Assembly (NCBI GenBank): GCA_035193785.1
Contig: CP136572.1
Span: 3,284,578-3,348,577 of the forward strand
DNA: 64,000 nt
Direction of reading: 5' to 3'
From: Planktothrix sp. GU0601_MAG3
Lineage (GTDB): Bacteria; Cyanobacteriota; Cyanobacteriia; Cyanobacteriales; Microcoleaceae
Shown here: one piece after another, positions 13,442 through 24,815 of the stretch
How the letters are laid out: each line of letters begins with the position of its first letter
How positions within the stretch are numbered: the stretch's first letter is position 1
Position numbers and translations under genes: made by a program
Notes under the pieces: generated by a model
Seen by the model: the letters and a program-made list of their open reading frames with translations, nothing else
Database searches by the model: none
What the model was told of the DNA's origin: nothing

Positions 13442-13487
13442 AGAAACCGGGTTTCTCATTGTTATTTCGGTAAGAAACCCGGTTTCT
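13442..13487. repeat. AGAAACC(C/G)GGTTTCT palindrome pair; also at ~14735, 19331/19382, ~20358, 54436/54459
   Basis: The same 15-bp palindrome recurs in intergenic regions, mostly as pairs near 3' gene ends. Confidence 0.8.
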
Positions 13488-13509
13488 GTGTTTGATGATT
13501 TACAGTTGA

Positions 13510-14542
13510 TTAATCATCGGCATAAATATAACGGTGTAACTCCTTCGGATCGGGTTCCGGGCTGCTTTGGGCAAATTCTACCGCATCATCAATAACGGCT
13601 TGAACTTGCTGATCAATAGCCTTCAATTCCTCATGGGTTGCCAAATTATGTTCGGTTAAATGAGCCGCAAATTTTTTAATCGGATCACGCGCAAACCAGA
13701 ATTCCTTCTCGTCTTTATCGCGTAATTCATCGGGGTCGGCCAAGGAATGTCCCCGAAAACGATAGGTTAAGGCCTCGACTAAAGTTGGGCCTTCACCCGC
13801 CCGGGCGCGAGCAACGGCCTTTTTCGCCACTTCCCTAACCGCCAAAACATCCATCCCATCCACTTCATAACCCGGCATTCCAAAAGCGGGGCCTTTTTTG
13901 TAGATTTCCGGGTCAGAGGTTGCCCGGTCATGGGCCATCCCGATCGCCCATTTATTATTTTCCACCACATAAATAATCGGCAAATTCCATAATGCCGCCA
14001 TATTCAAACATTCATAGAATTGGCCGTTATTACAAGCCCCATCCCCAAAGAAACACATAGTTACCTGATCCGAACTCGGATCATTCATCGCTTCCCGACG
14101 GTATTTGGTTTGAAAAGCCGCACCTGTAGCCACCGGAATGCCCTCAGCAACAAAGGCAAACCCCCCTAATAAATTATGGGCTGAGGAAAATAGGTGCATC
14201 GAGCCACCCCGACCCTTGGAACAGCCCGTAGCCTTACCAAATAATTCCGCCATCACTTCCCGGGGTGGAAACCCCCGCACTCAAAGCATGAACGTGATCC
14301 CGATAGGTACTACAGACATAATCCTCATCCCGACGACCAGCCCGGATCATCCCCGTAGCCACGGCTTCTTGACCGTTGTACAGGTGAACAAAACCGAACA
14401 TTTTGCCCCGATAATACATCTCGGCACATTTATCTTCAAATAACCGCCCCAGCACCATGTCCTCATACAGCATTAACCCCTCGTCACGGGTTACAGCATT
14501 TGCATCCGCCTTAAACGTCGGTAACGTGCGTTCCTGTGCCAT
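13510..14542 (-). CDS. pdhA: Pyruvate dehydrogenase E1 alpha subunit (break at 14268-14272)
   Basis: [26 protein letters not shown] motif, TYRFRGHS. Confidence 0.95.
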
Positions 14543-14587
14543 TTTTTCCAATTACCTGTACCAATTTGAGATTCTATTTTACAGGTT

Positions 14588-14818
14588 GGGGGCGGGTTTA
14601 TTGAGATTTCTGTTGATTAACAAACTTTCTCCTATTATCAAATCCCCCTATCGTAGGGGCGGGTTCGAGACCATCCCTGCCACCCCACCCCAATCTTGAT
14701 AAACCCGTCCCGAATAGGATGGCAAAAACCCAAAAAACCCGGTTTCTAATCAAGTTGATAGGGCGGGTTTATTAAAATTTCTGCTAATTAACAAATATTG
14801 ACGCGAACCCGCCCCTAC
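14588..14818. repeat. Cluster of GTAGGGGCGGG..N~40..CCCGCCCCTAC REP-like inverted repeats; family also at 33951-34012, 43153-43213, ~43766-43823, 46721-46782
   Basis: Conserved inverted arms with variable AT-rich spacers, all intergenic. Confidence 0.8.
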
Positions 14819-14852
14819 GGTTGGGGTAATATTAAGATAATTAGGGGATTTA

Positions 14853-16037
14853 TTAATCTGATTTGTCATTATTAAAAGGCAAATCCTGATTAACATGATC
14901 AATTTCCTGTTGTTCCATCTCGTTAATTCGTCCGATATAAGACTTTAAAATCTGAGCCAAACGTTGATCATAGAATCGATGCAAACTATAATTGGGTGTG
15001 GCGGGAAAACCCCGACGTTTTTTATGTCGTCCGCCCGCCCCCGGATCAAACAGAGAAATTTGGTTTTCAATTGCCCATTCAATGGGAGAATAATAACAGG
15101 CATCAAAATGTAAACAATCAATATCTTGAACACTTCCCCAATAGCGACCATATAAACGATCGGCTTTGGTTAAACAAAACGACATTCCCATGGGTTGATG
15201 TTGGGTGCTATCATCAAACGCCGCGACAAATAACACCCGATGGCGATAATTATGATGCAATTGTTCAAAAAATCTGCGGGTTAAATATTTACTGCCCCAC
15301 CAACCAAACTTATCACAGGTACTGGCATAAAACTGATACATTTCCGAAAAAAAGGCTTTAGGAATTTGATCACCTGTGTAGGTTTGTAAGTTTAATCCTG
15401 CTTGAGTAACGGCTTTACGTTCCCTTTTGATATTTCGCCTCTGATTAGCATTAAAACCCTTTAAATAATCATCAAAACTTTCATATTCTTGATTTTTCCA
15501 AATATAACTATGGTGCAACCAAGAGGCAAACCCAAACTTTTCTAACATCGGTTTCCACTCGGGATCAACATAAAGAAAATTACAGCCTGAAATTTTATTT
15601 TCAATACAAAATTGATCAATTGAATGTACCATTAATCCCGTAATTTCTTCTTCATCTTCCCCAGGGGCAATCATAAATCTATAGCCTTCGGCTGGAGTAA
15701 AAGGGGACATTCCTAATAGTTTGGGATAATATTGAATCCCTAATTGATGGGCCACATCCGCCCATTGATTATCAAAGACAAATTCCCCGCGACTATGCCC
15801 TTTTACATATAAAGGTGCGATTCCCACTAACTGTTGATCCCGCCATACCGTTAAATGATGGGGTAACCAACCCGTGCGTCCGGTGGCACTTCCCGAGGAT
15901 TCAATATTATGCAACCAATCCCATTCAAAAAATGGTGTGATTAAGGGTTGGGCAAGGGCATCCCAGGCCGTTTGAGGGACTTCGGCAACCGTATTAATCC
16001 AACGGGTAGAATAGGAGGATGTTAGGGGTTTTACCAT
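14853..16037 (-). CDS. GNAT/FemAB-like (DUF482) protein
   Basis: YVKGHSRGEFVFD, YYPKL, LYGRYWG, LHFDACYY, HKKRRGF. Confidence 0.88.
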   Translation of the reverse strand: MVKPLTSSYSTRWINTVAEVPQTAWDALAQPLITPFFEWDWLHNIESSGSATGRTGWLPHHLTVWRDQQLVGIAPLYVKGHSRGEFVFDNQWADVAHQLGIQYYPKLLGMSPFTPAEGYRFMIAPGEDEEEITGLMVHSIDQFCIENKISGCNFLYVDPEWKPMLEKFGFASWLHHSYIWKNQEYESFDDYLKGFNANQRRNIKRERKAVTQAGLNLQTYTGDQIPKAFFSEMYQFYASTCDKFGWWGSKYLTRRFFEQLHHNYRHRVLFVAAFDDSTQHQPMGMSFCLTKADRLYGRYWGSVQDIDCLHFDACYYSPIEWAIENQISLFDPGAGGRHKKRRGFPATPNYSLHRFYDQRLAQILKSYIGRINEMEQQEIDHVNQDLPFNNDKSD

Positions 16038-16116
16038 ATTGTTTCAAAAATGATCAGCGACGCATTATTCATTATTTAGGGTAATCGAATTTTTACAAAA
16101 ATGGCAAAGGACAGGA

Positions 16117-16819
16117 TTATTGGTCAGTTAATACTTGATAATGTAAAAATACTTCTTGTCCCAGGGTTTTCACCTCCAATAATTGCAAGCGAGGGGCGAC
16201 GGTAGATAAAAAGCCCTCTCCATCGGCGGGGGTAGGAGAATTTTTACCACTTAAAATTAAGGGACAAATAGTTAACCAGAATTGATCAATCAGGTTTTGT
16301 TTTAAGAGGGAAGCCACCAGTTGACCTCCTCCTAATATTCCTAACTTATTTAAGCCTAATTTTTGCAATTGCTCAAAAGCCAAACTCCAGTTAATTTGAT
16401 GATGATTATTGTCAGCAATAATTATATTTTCAAACCCGGCTATATTTTCCCATAATTGTTTACCCTGATTTGTTGTCAGTAACCAATGGGGAAACAGACT
16501 GTTGAAAAAAACGGCAATTGGGGTTAATCTTTCCTGAAGCAGACACCACAATTTGTATGGGTTGAGGGGGTTTTCCGTGTCGTTGTCGGTGTTGTAATAA
16601 TTGAGGAGAATTAATTTTGATAGTGGTTTGATAGGCGTTTAATGTTCCCGCACCGAATAAAACCCCATCCATTTGTGCCACTTGTTGTTCTAAATGTAGT
16701 TTATCTTGTTCTGAACCAAAACGGGCGGGCGATCGCCATTCATCGGAAATTTTACCATCCGCACTCATCGCTAAAATTACCGTCGTTTGAGGTCGGTTAA
16801 CTACAGGTTGGGGAGTCAT
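16117..16819 (-). CDS. RibD C-terminal reductase-domain protein (break at 16491-16495)
   Basis: AMSADGKI, GAGT, LGGGQL, TICP. Confidence 0.85.
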
Positions 16820-17300
16820 ACATTTAATTCACAACAAGCAACATATACCCACTGTATAATTTTTCGTGAATTTTAGAGATGTTGTGATCAAAATCACTGC
16901 AAAATCTGCTTGATCTCACCTCTGATCCTTGATCTGATCCATCAATTTACTCGATCAAATTCACAAAATATCAAGACTTTTAGCACAATATTTTTAAAAT
17001 TATCCGACACAATTAAAGAGGATAACCCAATACCACCTCTATTAAATATATGCGAACTCAAAGGATCTCTGATATTCCTGGTTATCAAACTTTATCCCCC
17101 CGTTTAAACCCAGGTTTAAGTCAGTGGAGTTACCAAGTCAAACCCCAAATGTTTGAACCTCTGGAAGTTCATTTTTCTAGTTTAAAAACTATGATTTTGA
17201 CCCGAGAAACCTTACCTCTAAATTATTTAAGTCCAGCTAAATTTAAAGCTCGATTGAGTTACTTAAATTTGATTTAAGTTGAGGGGGTAAAAATACCAGA

Positions 17301-19239
17301 TTAACTAACTAGGTGATTTTTGGCACTTCTCAATTCTTTTTGAATAGAAATCGCTTTTCCCAGGGAGGAAATTGCTTCGGGGTATTGTTTTAACTTCGAC
17401 AATAAAGAACCCCGATAACGCCAGGTTTCCGCATCATCAGACTGACAGGAAAGGGCCGCATCATAGGATGCTAAAGCTTCTGGATATTGCTCTAATTTTT
17501 CTAAACAGACCCCTTTACAACGCCATGCTTCCGAGGAATCGGGTTTTAAATTAATCGCCTGTTCATAAAGGGCGATCGCCTCCGAATATTTCTGTAGTTT
17601 AACTAAAATTTCTCCACATTCAAAGCAGGTTTCATAACTATCGGGTTTGAGTTTTATGGCTTTTTTGTAGGACTCTAAGGCTTCAGCATTTTGGTTTAGT
17701 TTTCCCATAATATTTCCCTGAATTTTGAATAGTTCAAAATTATTGGGGTTTAAAATCAAGGCTTTTTCTAAGGATTTTAATGCTTCTTGATGACGTTGTA
17801 AAGCGGATAAAGCATTGGCTTGATTTAACCATAATTCTGATTTATTGGGATTGAGTTTAATCGCTTGATTATAGGAGGCGATCGCTTCTTCATAACGTTG
17901 TAACTTCGCTAAAACATTACCTCGATTATGCAGAGTTTCATATTGATCAGGAGCAATTTCTAAGGCTTTATTATAGGAATCTAAGGCTTCATCAAACCGT
18001 TTAAATTTTCTCAATAATGCCCCACGATTATGCCAAGATTCATAATCATTCGGTTTAATTTTAATCGCTTGATCATAGGATTCAATCGCTTCTGCATACC
18101 GTTGTAACCGCACTAAAGTATTGCCTCGATTGTACCAATTTTCATATTTTTGAGGTTGTAAACTCACACATTGATCATAGTCTGATAATGCCTCTTGATA
18201 CCGTTGTAACTTAACTAAAATACCCGCTTTTTTATACCATGCTTGCTCTAAATTAGCATTCACTTCAATTGCTTTTTCTAATAATTTCAAAGCCGCGCTA
18301 AACTGTTTTTCAATGATTAAAGATTCTGCCTTTTTCAAATAATCATCAGCAATCATTGACTCGGAAACTGGCTGGGATTTCGCGGCTGTGGATACCGGAG
18401 AAATCACTAATTTTTCAGGTTCAGAAGATTTTGATAATCCATTCAAAGAAATCAATTGTTTTGTTTCTATCGGTTTTTGTTGTAATTCTTTTAAAGACTC
18501 CTCTTTAATCTCTTGAAACCTCAGAAATCATGGCTTGTAACCGGAATACAAATTGGGATTTAAGGGTTTCTACTTGTTCAATAGAAGCTTGAGACAGTTT
18601 GGCTTCTCTGGTGATAAAATTAATGGATTCCTGGGCGGTTCCTATTTGTATTTCTAATTCTTTAATTAACTGTTGATAACGCTGTTTAGAGGCTTTTAAT
18701 TGTGCTTCTAAATTATCAATTCGGTTCAACTGCTTTTGAGCTTGAGCTACAATCTCTTTGACAATTAAGCGACGAACTAACCAAAAGAATAAAATCGTTA
18801 CACTGGGGATTAATGTGGCGACAATTAATAAAGTATTCAGTAGAGTAATTGTCTGACTAAATTCATAATTTAATGCAGAATATGGGCTAATTTGTGCGAC
18901 GGAAATGGGGGTTGTGATTGTGCTTTGTGCCTCCCCTTGACCAATTTTAACTAATTTTGCCAACCAAGTTTGATCCAGAACATTAGTCATCGATAAGGAT
19001 ACAACTTCTTTTGAGGAATATTCCGCATCGCTAAAAGATGGACTACCGATCATTTCCGGCATACTAACTGCTAAACTGGGAGCTAATGCCATCATCTCTA
19101 CCGCATCAGCAACTTTACCCAACTCGGAAGCATTGGGTAAAGGATTGGAGGATTGTTCAGGAATAGAACTTGCTTCAACACAGGAGTCTTGAGCAACCAG
19201 GGCCGCTAAGGTTAAAAGGGTAACTGTGGATAACCGCAT
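17301..19239 (-). CDS. Membrane-anchored coiled-coil/TPR protein (break at 18515-18519)
   Basis: Signal-like N-terminus, TM helix, coiled coil, about ten W.NRG..L..L.RY.EA..SY TPR repeats; reconstructed ...SEVQEIK... Confidence 0.8.
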
Positions 19240-19401
19240 AAGTGTCAACTCGCGTAGGGGGAGTGTTGTTCTATCTTACGAATTGACACCGCTTGATCAG
19301 GATTTTGTCGTCAAACTACCAGAAACGATCAGAAACCCGGTTTCTAAACTAGATCTATTGATTTCAATAATAGACTAATGCAGAAACCCGGTTTCTAACT
19401 T

Positions 19402-20275
19402 TTAAACCTGAGCTAAAACAGGCTGTTGGCTTTGAGAAAGGGTAGATTTAGATTCCGTATTTGTACAATACACTTCACAGGAATTATTCGGGCTTTCAAT
19501 CAGTTTAATTTTATGCAATTGTGCCCCTAAATCTTGAATCGGTTTTTGCAATAAATCTCGGATATGAACCGCAATATTTTCCGCCGTTGGTACAACTTTA
19601 GAAAAGTAGGGAATATCTTTATTTAAAAACGTATGATCAAAGGGTTCAACAACATAATCATCAATCACTTTTTGTAACCCTTCTAAGTCTACAATCATCC
19701 CCGTCCGAGGATCAACTTCCCCTTTCACCGTCACTTCTAAATGGTAATTATGACCATGACCATTGGGACGGGCGCATTTGCCATAAATTTCGCAATTGTC
19801 CTCAAAACTGAGATCGGGGTGAGCCAGCCGATGGGCGGCGCTAAAATGTGTACTAAGGGTTAAATAAGCTTCCATGCCGTTTCCTTGATAGTCTGCCCAG
19901 AGTTCGGGGTGTTCAAATAATTGGATATTGGTGAGGGGAAGATGGGGGGCCAACCGATGCCAAATTGCCCGGGCCAGAGCTTCCGTTGTCGGTAGGGTTT
20001 CCTGAAATTCCGGCCAAACATCATTCAGGTAGGAAAAGTCTAAATGGTTGGTGACTTCCTGTTTCAAGGTGTGTTTGACGTCGGACAGGTTTAAAACCAT
20101 GCCATGTTCATCAAGTTCTCCGACCATTGACACATATAGAACATAGTTATGTCCATGTCCAGGGGCGCGAGATGTGGGGCCAAATCGCTTTAGGTTTCTC
20201 GGTGGCGCTCAATTCGGGCAACCAATACCGATGACTGGCGGAAAATTGCGCCCGACGGGTGATCACGCATTCCAT
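19402..20275 (-). CDS. queD: 6-carboxytetrahydropterin synthase with tandem PTPS domains (break at 20194-20198)
   Basis: Two FSA.HR..GHGHNY units, PTTE/PTAEN motifs. Confidence 0.85.
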
Positions 20276-20481
20276 AAAATCTGGGCCAAAGGTATACTGT
20301 TAAGTTATATGAATTTATTTTAATCTTTTTTGATGATAATTTCAACTTTGATTTAATAAAAACCCGGTTTCATAAAAAAAATGTTCTTCAGTCGATCAAT
20401 AACGGTCAGAAATTTGGTTTCTTGAACTAAAAGGAACTAAGCTTAGGATATAATTAATATAGCCCCACCTAAACATCGATT

Positions 20482-20733
20482 ATGCTACGAGAAAAACTTA
20501 AACAGGAATTAGATAAACTCAATGAAGATCAACTAAAGAAAGTTGCAAATTTCATTAGTTTAATGGAATCTCAATCTAGTAAAGTGACATCATCTTTGGT
20601 TCCTTTGTGGCAAAAAGCAACACCAACACAACGAGCTAGAGAGTTCCGTGATTGGATTTCTCAACTCCCTAAAACAAGTGTGAGCTTACCCGACGAAGCC
20701 TTTAGCCGTGAGTGCATTTACGAAGATGATTAG
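20482..20733 (+). CDS. Putative antitoxin (VapB partner)
   Basis: Small ORF overlapping a PIN gene; C-terminal SLPDEAFSRECIY is typical of cyanobacterial antitoxins. Confidence 0.7.
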   Translation: MLREKLKQELDKLNEDQLKKVANFISLMESQSSKVTSSLVPLWQKATPTQRAREFRDWISQLPKTSVSLPDEAFSRECIYEDD

Positions 20734-21175
20734 ATATCTGCTGGATACTAATGTTATCTTACGTTTTTGCAACCCTTCAGATGTGCAACATCATCTTGCC
20801 ACAGAAGCAATATTTTATTTACTAAACCAAGGAAATGAATGCTTTTTGACTGGGCAAGTATTAATTGAACTTTGGGTTGTTGCTACAAGACCAGTTGCAG
20901 TAAATGGCTTAGGATGGACTACAGAGAAAACAAGAAACATTATAGATGAGCTTCTCAATCGTTTTCCCTTACTAGAAGAATCCCCACAAATTTTTTTAAA
21001 TTGGTTAGATTTGGTCACAACTAATCAGGTCATGGGAAAACGCACTCACGATGCTCGCCTTATTGCCGTCATGCTTGCCAATAATATTACACATATTCTA
21101 ACCTTCAATCCTAGTGATTTTGGACTCAAATCAAGGATTACTGTTATCTGTCCTCGGCAATTAGTGACCCCCTAA
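20726..21175 (+). CDS. PIN-domain VapC toxin
   Basis: YLLDTNV, E, HDARLIA, LTFNPSDF. Confidence 0.88.
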   Translation: MIRYLLDTNVILRFCNPSDVQHHLATEAIFYLLNQGNECFLTGQVLIELWVVATRPVAVNGLGWTTEKTRNIIDELLNRFPLLEESPQIFLNWLDLVTTNQVMGKRTHDARLIAVMLANNITHILTFNPSDFGLKSRITVICPRQLVTP

Positions 21176-21233
21176 AAATTCGGAAATATAACTTGATTTT
21201 TTGGATTTCCTAACTAATTAGTATTTCTATATT

Positions 21234-21860
21234 TTAAGCGATGTTCCAAATTGCTTGTAAATCTAATACAAACCCCGGAAGCACATCTTCCCCCGATAAA
21301 TTAACCGGAGATTCTATAATTTCTACTTCTTTCCCGAAACGATAAATTTCTACCCGATGATTTTGAGGATCAATTAACCAACCGAGTTGAGTCCCATTTT
21401 CCAGATACTCTTGCATTTTGTTTCTTAGGATTTTGAGAGTATCGGTTTCTGAACGTAATTCAATTACAAAATCTGGACATAAAGGCAGAAATTTCTTTTT
21501 TTGTTCAGGAGTTAACCCATTCCATCGTTCCAGTTTAACCCAAGATAAATCCGGTGCCCGATCTGCACCATTCGGTAGTTTAAAACCCGTTGAAGAATCA
21601 AATGCTAATCCCAGTTTAGTTTGTTTATTCCAAATTGCTAATTCTCCAGCTAGGTTAAAGTTTCGGTTTCCGGTTTCACCCCCTGTTGGTGACATGATAA
21701 TTAATTCTCCTGTTGCTGATCGCTCAAATTTATAGTATCGGTTATTTTGACAGAGTTGAAAATACTGTTCATCAGTTAAGTCGATTTGCAATTCTAGGGG
21801 ATTTGGCAAAGAAATTATTGTATCCATAACGGTTGCAATAGTCTCAAAATATAGGTTCAA
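21234..21860 (-). CDS. Uma2-family endonuclease
   Basis: GELIIMSP, FDSSTGF, PDLSW, PDFVIELRS, KMQEY, GWLIDP. Confidence 0.92.
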   Translation of the reverse strand: MNLYFETIATVMDTIISLPNPLELQIDLTDEQYFQLCQNNRYYKFERSATGELIIMSPTGGETGNRNFNLAGELAIWNKQTKLGLAFDSSTGFKLPNGADRAPDLSWVKLERWNGLTPEQKKKFLPLCPDFVIELRSETDTLKILRNKMQEYLENGTQLGWLIDPQNHRVEIYRFGKEVEIIESPVNLSGEDVLPGFVLDLQAIWNIA

Positions 21861-21880
21861 TTATAACACTTTTTTAGATA

Positions 21881-22561
21881 TTACGAAATCTTTTTCATTT
21901 CCTCCTGGGCTTCTCGACGGGAACCGGATGCCATTCTAAACATTTCTTGTCCCGTATGTAGGGAAGAATAATCATAATTTAGGGTAAAGGTTTCTAATTC
22001 ATTAAGTCCATCTTCTAAATGATTTAGGGTATAATAAATATGGGCAGCAACTCCGGCAACGGGGGAGGGATTTTTTCGAGAACGAAAGAGGTTTTGAGCT
22101 TGATTTAGAAAGTTTTTACATAGTTCAATATAGGATTGAAATTCCTCCATTAATTGATCATCAAAGGGATCGGCTGATAATTTATTGACTTCGGATTTTA
22201 GGGGTTTTAAAATTTGATTAATAGAACGATTAATGGGTTTATAAACTTTATCAATCCAGATTGTTAATTCCGCATCGGCTTCCGTTGCTTGTTTTTTTGC
22301 CTTGGAAACAAAGGGTTTTACGGAGTCAAAATCGGGATTTTTACCTAAACCCAGTTCCCGATCATGGGATTGACGTTTTTGCGGATCACTTAATATTTCG
22401 TAAGCCGCATTAATCTGAATAATTTGGCTAGGATCTACCGATTGATTTTGGCTATCAGGATGGAAGATTTTGGCTAATCTACGATAGGCTTGTTTGATTT
22501 CTGCGGCCGTCGCTGCGGGGCTAATTTGTAAGGTACTGTAGTGATTTTTGAGCAGAGTCAT
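21881..22561 (-). CDS. DnaJ-domain protein
   Basis: HYSTL..EIKQAYRRLAK.FHPD..INAAYEILSD. Confidence 0.88.
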   Translation of the reverse strand: MTLLKNHYSTLQISPAATAAEIKQAYRRLAKIFHPDSQNQSVDPSQIIQINAAYEILSDPQKRQSHDRELGLGKNPDFDSVKPFVSKAKKQATEADAELTIWIDKVYKPINRSINQILKPLKSEVNKLSADPFDDQLMEEFQSYIELCKNFLNQAQNLFRSRKNPSPVAGVAAHIYYTLNHLEDGLNELETFTLNYDYSSLHTGQEMFRMASGSRREAQEEMKKIS

Positions 22562-22668
22562 ATCGATTGATCTCAGATTAATTAGGGATTCCTATAAAAT
22601 GGTTTTCAGACCCCATTAATTTTAGCGCGATTACTGGGATAATGGCTACTATTTTTTCTTTTAGGCTA

Positions 22669-22853
22669 TGTAGCAATCTTTGTAGGATTTATGATCAAAC
22701 CCCTAGGATAAAATATTAAAACCTCTGTTTCGATGGCGAGGATTGCTATAATATAGCGATTCCCGCCGATTTGTGATAGGGGAAATTCATGAATTGCCCC
22801 AACCACAAGGATTAGATTTAAAAAAATATTACAACTCAAATAGGATTGCTATA
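22669..22853. mobile_element. Two head-to-tail MITE-like elements with TATAGC(A/G)AT..AGGATTGCTATA terminal inverted repeats
   Basis: tgtagcaatctt(22669)..aggattgctata(22750) and tatagcgattcc(22752)..aggattgctata(22853); the second contains palindrome ggggaaattcatgaattgcccc. Confidence 0.6.
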
Positions 22854-22892
22854 GCTTATTATTAATAGTATGAATTATGGTGCAGGGTAAAT

Positions 22893-23723
22893 ATGAAATT
22901 ATCTAAATTATCAGGATTAAATATTTTACGCTTTTTTGGTATCGAGTTTGCTGTTTTTCTGACTCTAACCGGATGTCAAACTTTTTTTAAGCCGCCAACG
23001 GCATCAGATATTCATTTAAAACTGGGAAACCCTAGTCAAGCAACGGCTGATCCCCAAAATTCTACTAATTTTTTAATGGAAAAACCTGAATTTGTCCTCT
23101 CTTATAATAGCCAAACTGGAACAGCAAATTGGGTAAGTTGGCAACTGAATCCATCTTGGTTGGGAATAGTAAAACGTCAAAATGATTTTAGACCCGATCC
23201 GAATTTACCCGCAGGTTGGTATCAAGTTCAACCGAATGATTATCGAGGTACGGGTTATGATCGCGGTCATTTAGTTCCCTCGGGCGATCGCACCAATAAC
23301 CTTAACCAGAATAGCACAACTTTTCTAATGACCAATATTATTCCCCAGGCCCCGGAATTAAATCGCGGGATTTGGAATGATTTAGAAAAAGACTGTCGAG
23401 AATTGCTGAAAAAAGGCAAGGAATTGTATATTATTAGTGGCGGTGAAGGTAAACTAAAAACCATTGCCAAAGGTAAAGTAACTGTTCCAGCTTGGAATTG
23501 GAAAATTATTGTTATTTTAGATAAACCCAATCAAAGGATTACGGAAAATACCCGCATTATTGCTGTGAGAATCCCTAACTATAATTCCTTGAAAAATCCC
23601 TTAAAAAATCATTGGCGAGATTATCGAGTTTCCGTAGATGAAATCGAAAAAAATACAAAATTAGATTTTTTAACCAATATTCCTAAGAATATTCAAGATC
23701 AACTAGAGCGTCAAGATAATTAA
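22893..23723 (+). CDS. Sugar non-specific DNA/RNA endonuclease (NucA-like), probable lipoprotein
   Basis: LTGC lipobox-like motif, ANWVSW, YDRGH, TFLMTNIIPQ..NRG.W. Confidence 0.9.
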   Translation: MKLSKLSGLNILRFFGIEFAVFLTLTGCQTFFKPPTASDIHLKLGNPSQATADPQNSTNFLMEKPEFVLSYNSQTGTANWVSWQLNPSWLGIVKRQNDFRPDPNLPAGWYQVQPNDYRGTGYDRGHLVPSGDRTNNLNQNSTTFLMTNIIPQAPELNRGIWNDLEKDCRELLKKGKELYIISGGEGKLKTIAKGKVTVPAWNWKIIVILDKPNQRITENTRIIAVRIPNYNSLKNPLKNHWRDYRVSVDEIEKNTKLDFLTNIPKNIQDQLERQDN

Positions 23724-23889
23724 TAATATATAGGATACGCGCCATGGCTCGTATCTACTTTTAAGCCAGATCATCCTGAATCCTAGGATAATATAGGGAA
23801 ATTGAGGAACAGCCAGGGTAAAAACAACTTCTAAATCAGTAGTTAATATCCTGATAGTTATACTTCCCCACCCTTAGAGGACGTCTACA

Positions 23890-24625
23890 ATGTCTTTAAC
23901 TCAATCTTCTTCTTCAATCAATCCCTGGAGTCTGATTACCGCGTTATCCTTAAGTTTAGGACTGGTCAGTATTCCCTTAATTGCTCCAGTTTTCGCCCAG
24001 GAACAACGGGTCAGAAACCCTGACGGTCAGTGGTCAAGGGGTTGTAACTATTCCAACTACCCAAACCCAAGTACAGTTAGGAGTGGAGGTTTTGGGAAAA
24101 ACCGCCGAGGAAGTTCAAACAGAAGCCGCGAAACTGACTTCTGCGGTGGTAGAATTACTGCGATCGCGTAATGTTGAAAAACTCGAAACCACCGGAATTC
24201 GCCTCAACCCCACCTACAGTTATGCCAACGATCAACAACGATTAACCGGGTATTCCGCCACCAATACCGTCAGTTTCAGATTAAACACCGAAAAAGTCGG
24301 AAATCTGCTCGATGATGCCGTGAAAGCCGGAGCAACCCGCATTGATGGGATTAGTTTCGTTGCCTCCGATCCCGAAATTAACGCCGCCCAACAACAGGCT
24401 TTAAAACTTGCCACCAAAGAAGCAGAAAGTCAAGCCAACGCCGTATTAAGTGCCCTAAATTTGACCAGTAGGGAAATTATCGGGATTCAAGTTAATAATG
24501 CCAGCGCCCCTGTCCCCATGCCTGTGATGTACAGAACAAATGCTGTAGCCGCAGCCCCAGCCACCCCCGTTGTCGGCGGAGAACAGCAGGTTAGAGCCTC
24601 CGTCACCTTGCAAATTAGTTATTAG
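23890..24625 (+). CDS. SIMPL/DUF541 periplasmic protein (break at 24014-24018)
   Basis: Signal peptide; reconstructed RTLTVSGQG; AGATRIDGISF; ends VTLQISY. Confidence 0.88.
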
Positions 24626-24664
24626 GCAGTAGGACACTAAAGAAGTTAAACAGGTTCAATTCCC

Positions 24665-24722
24665 CCCCATTACCCATTACCCATTACCCATTACCCATTA
24701 CCCATTCGTAATTCGTAATTCC
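24665..24722. repeat. STRR heptamer repeats (CCCATTA)n/(TTCGTAA)n; similar at 30109-30158 and 46797-46820
   Basis: Direct 7-bp tandem repeats. Confidence 0.8.
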
Positions 24723-24815
24723 CTAAAGTCATGTAATCACAACACCAGGACGAGATCCATCCGTCAGTCTGGAATAATATTGAGGTGATTCCAGATTCAA
24801 GGTAGATAAAATACA

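Noticed and set aside
19402..20275. Duplicated PTPS domain as a novelty or as part of a 7-deazaguanine DNA-modification cluster
   Set aside because: The tandem-domain form is usual in cyanobacteria, and no dpd/queCE genes are adjacent
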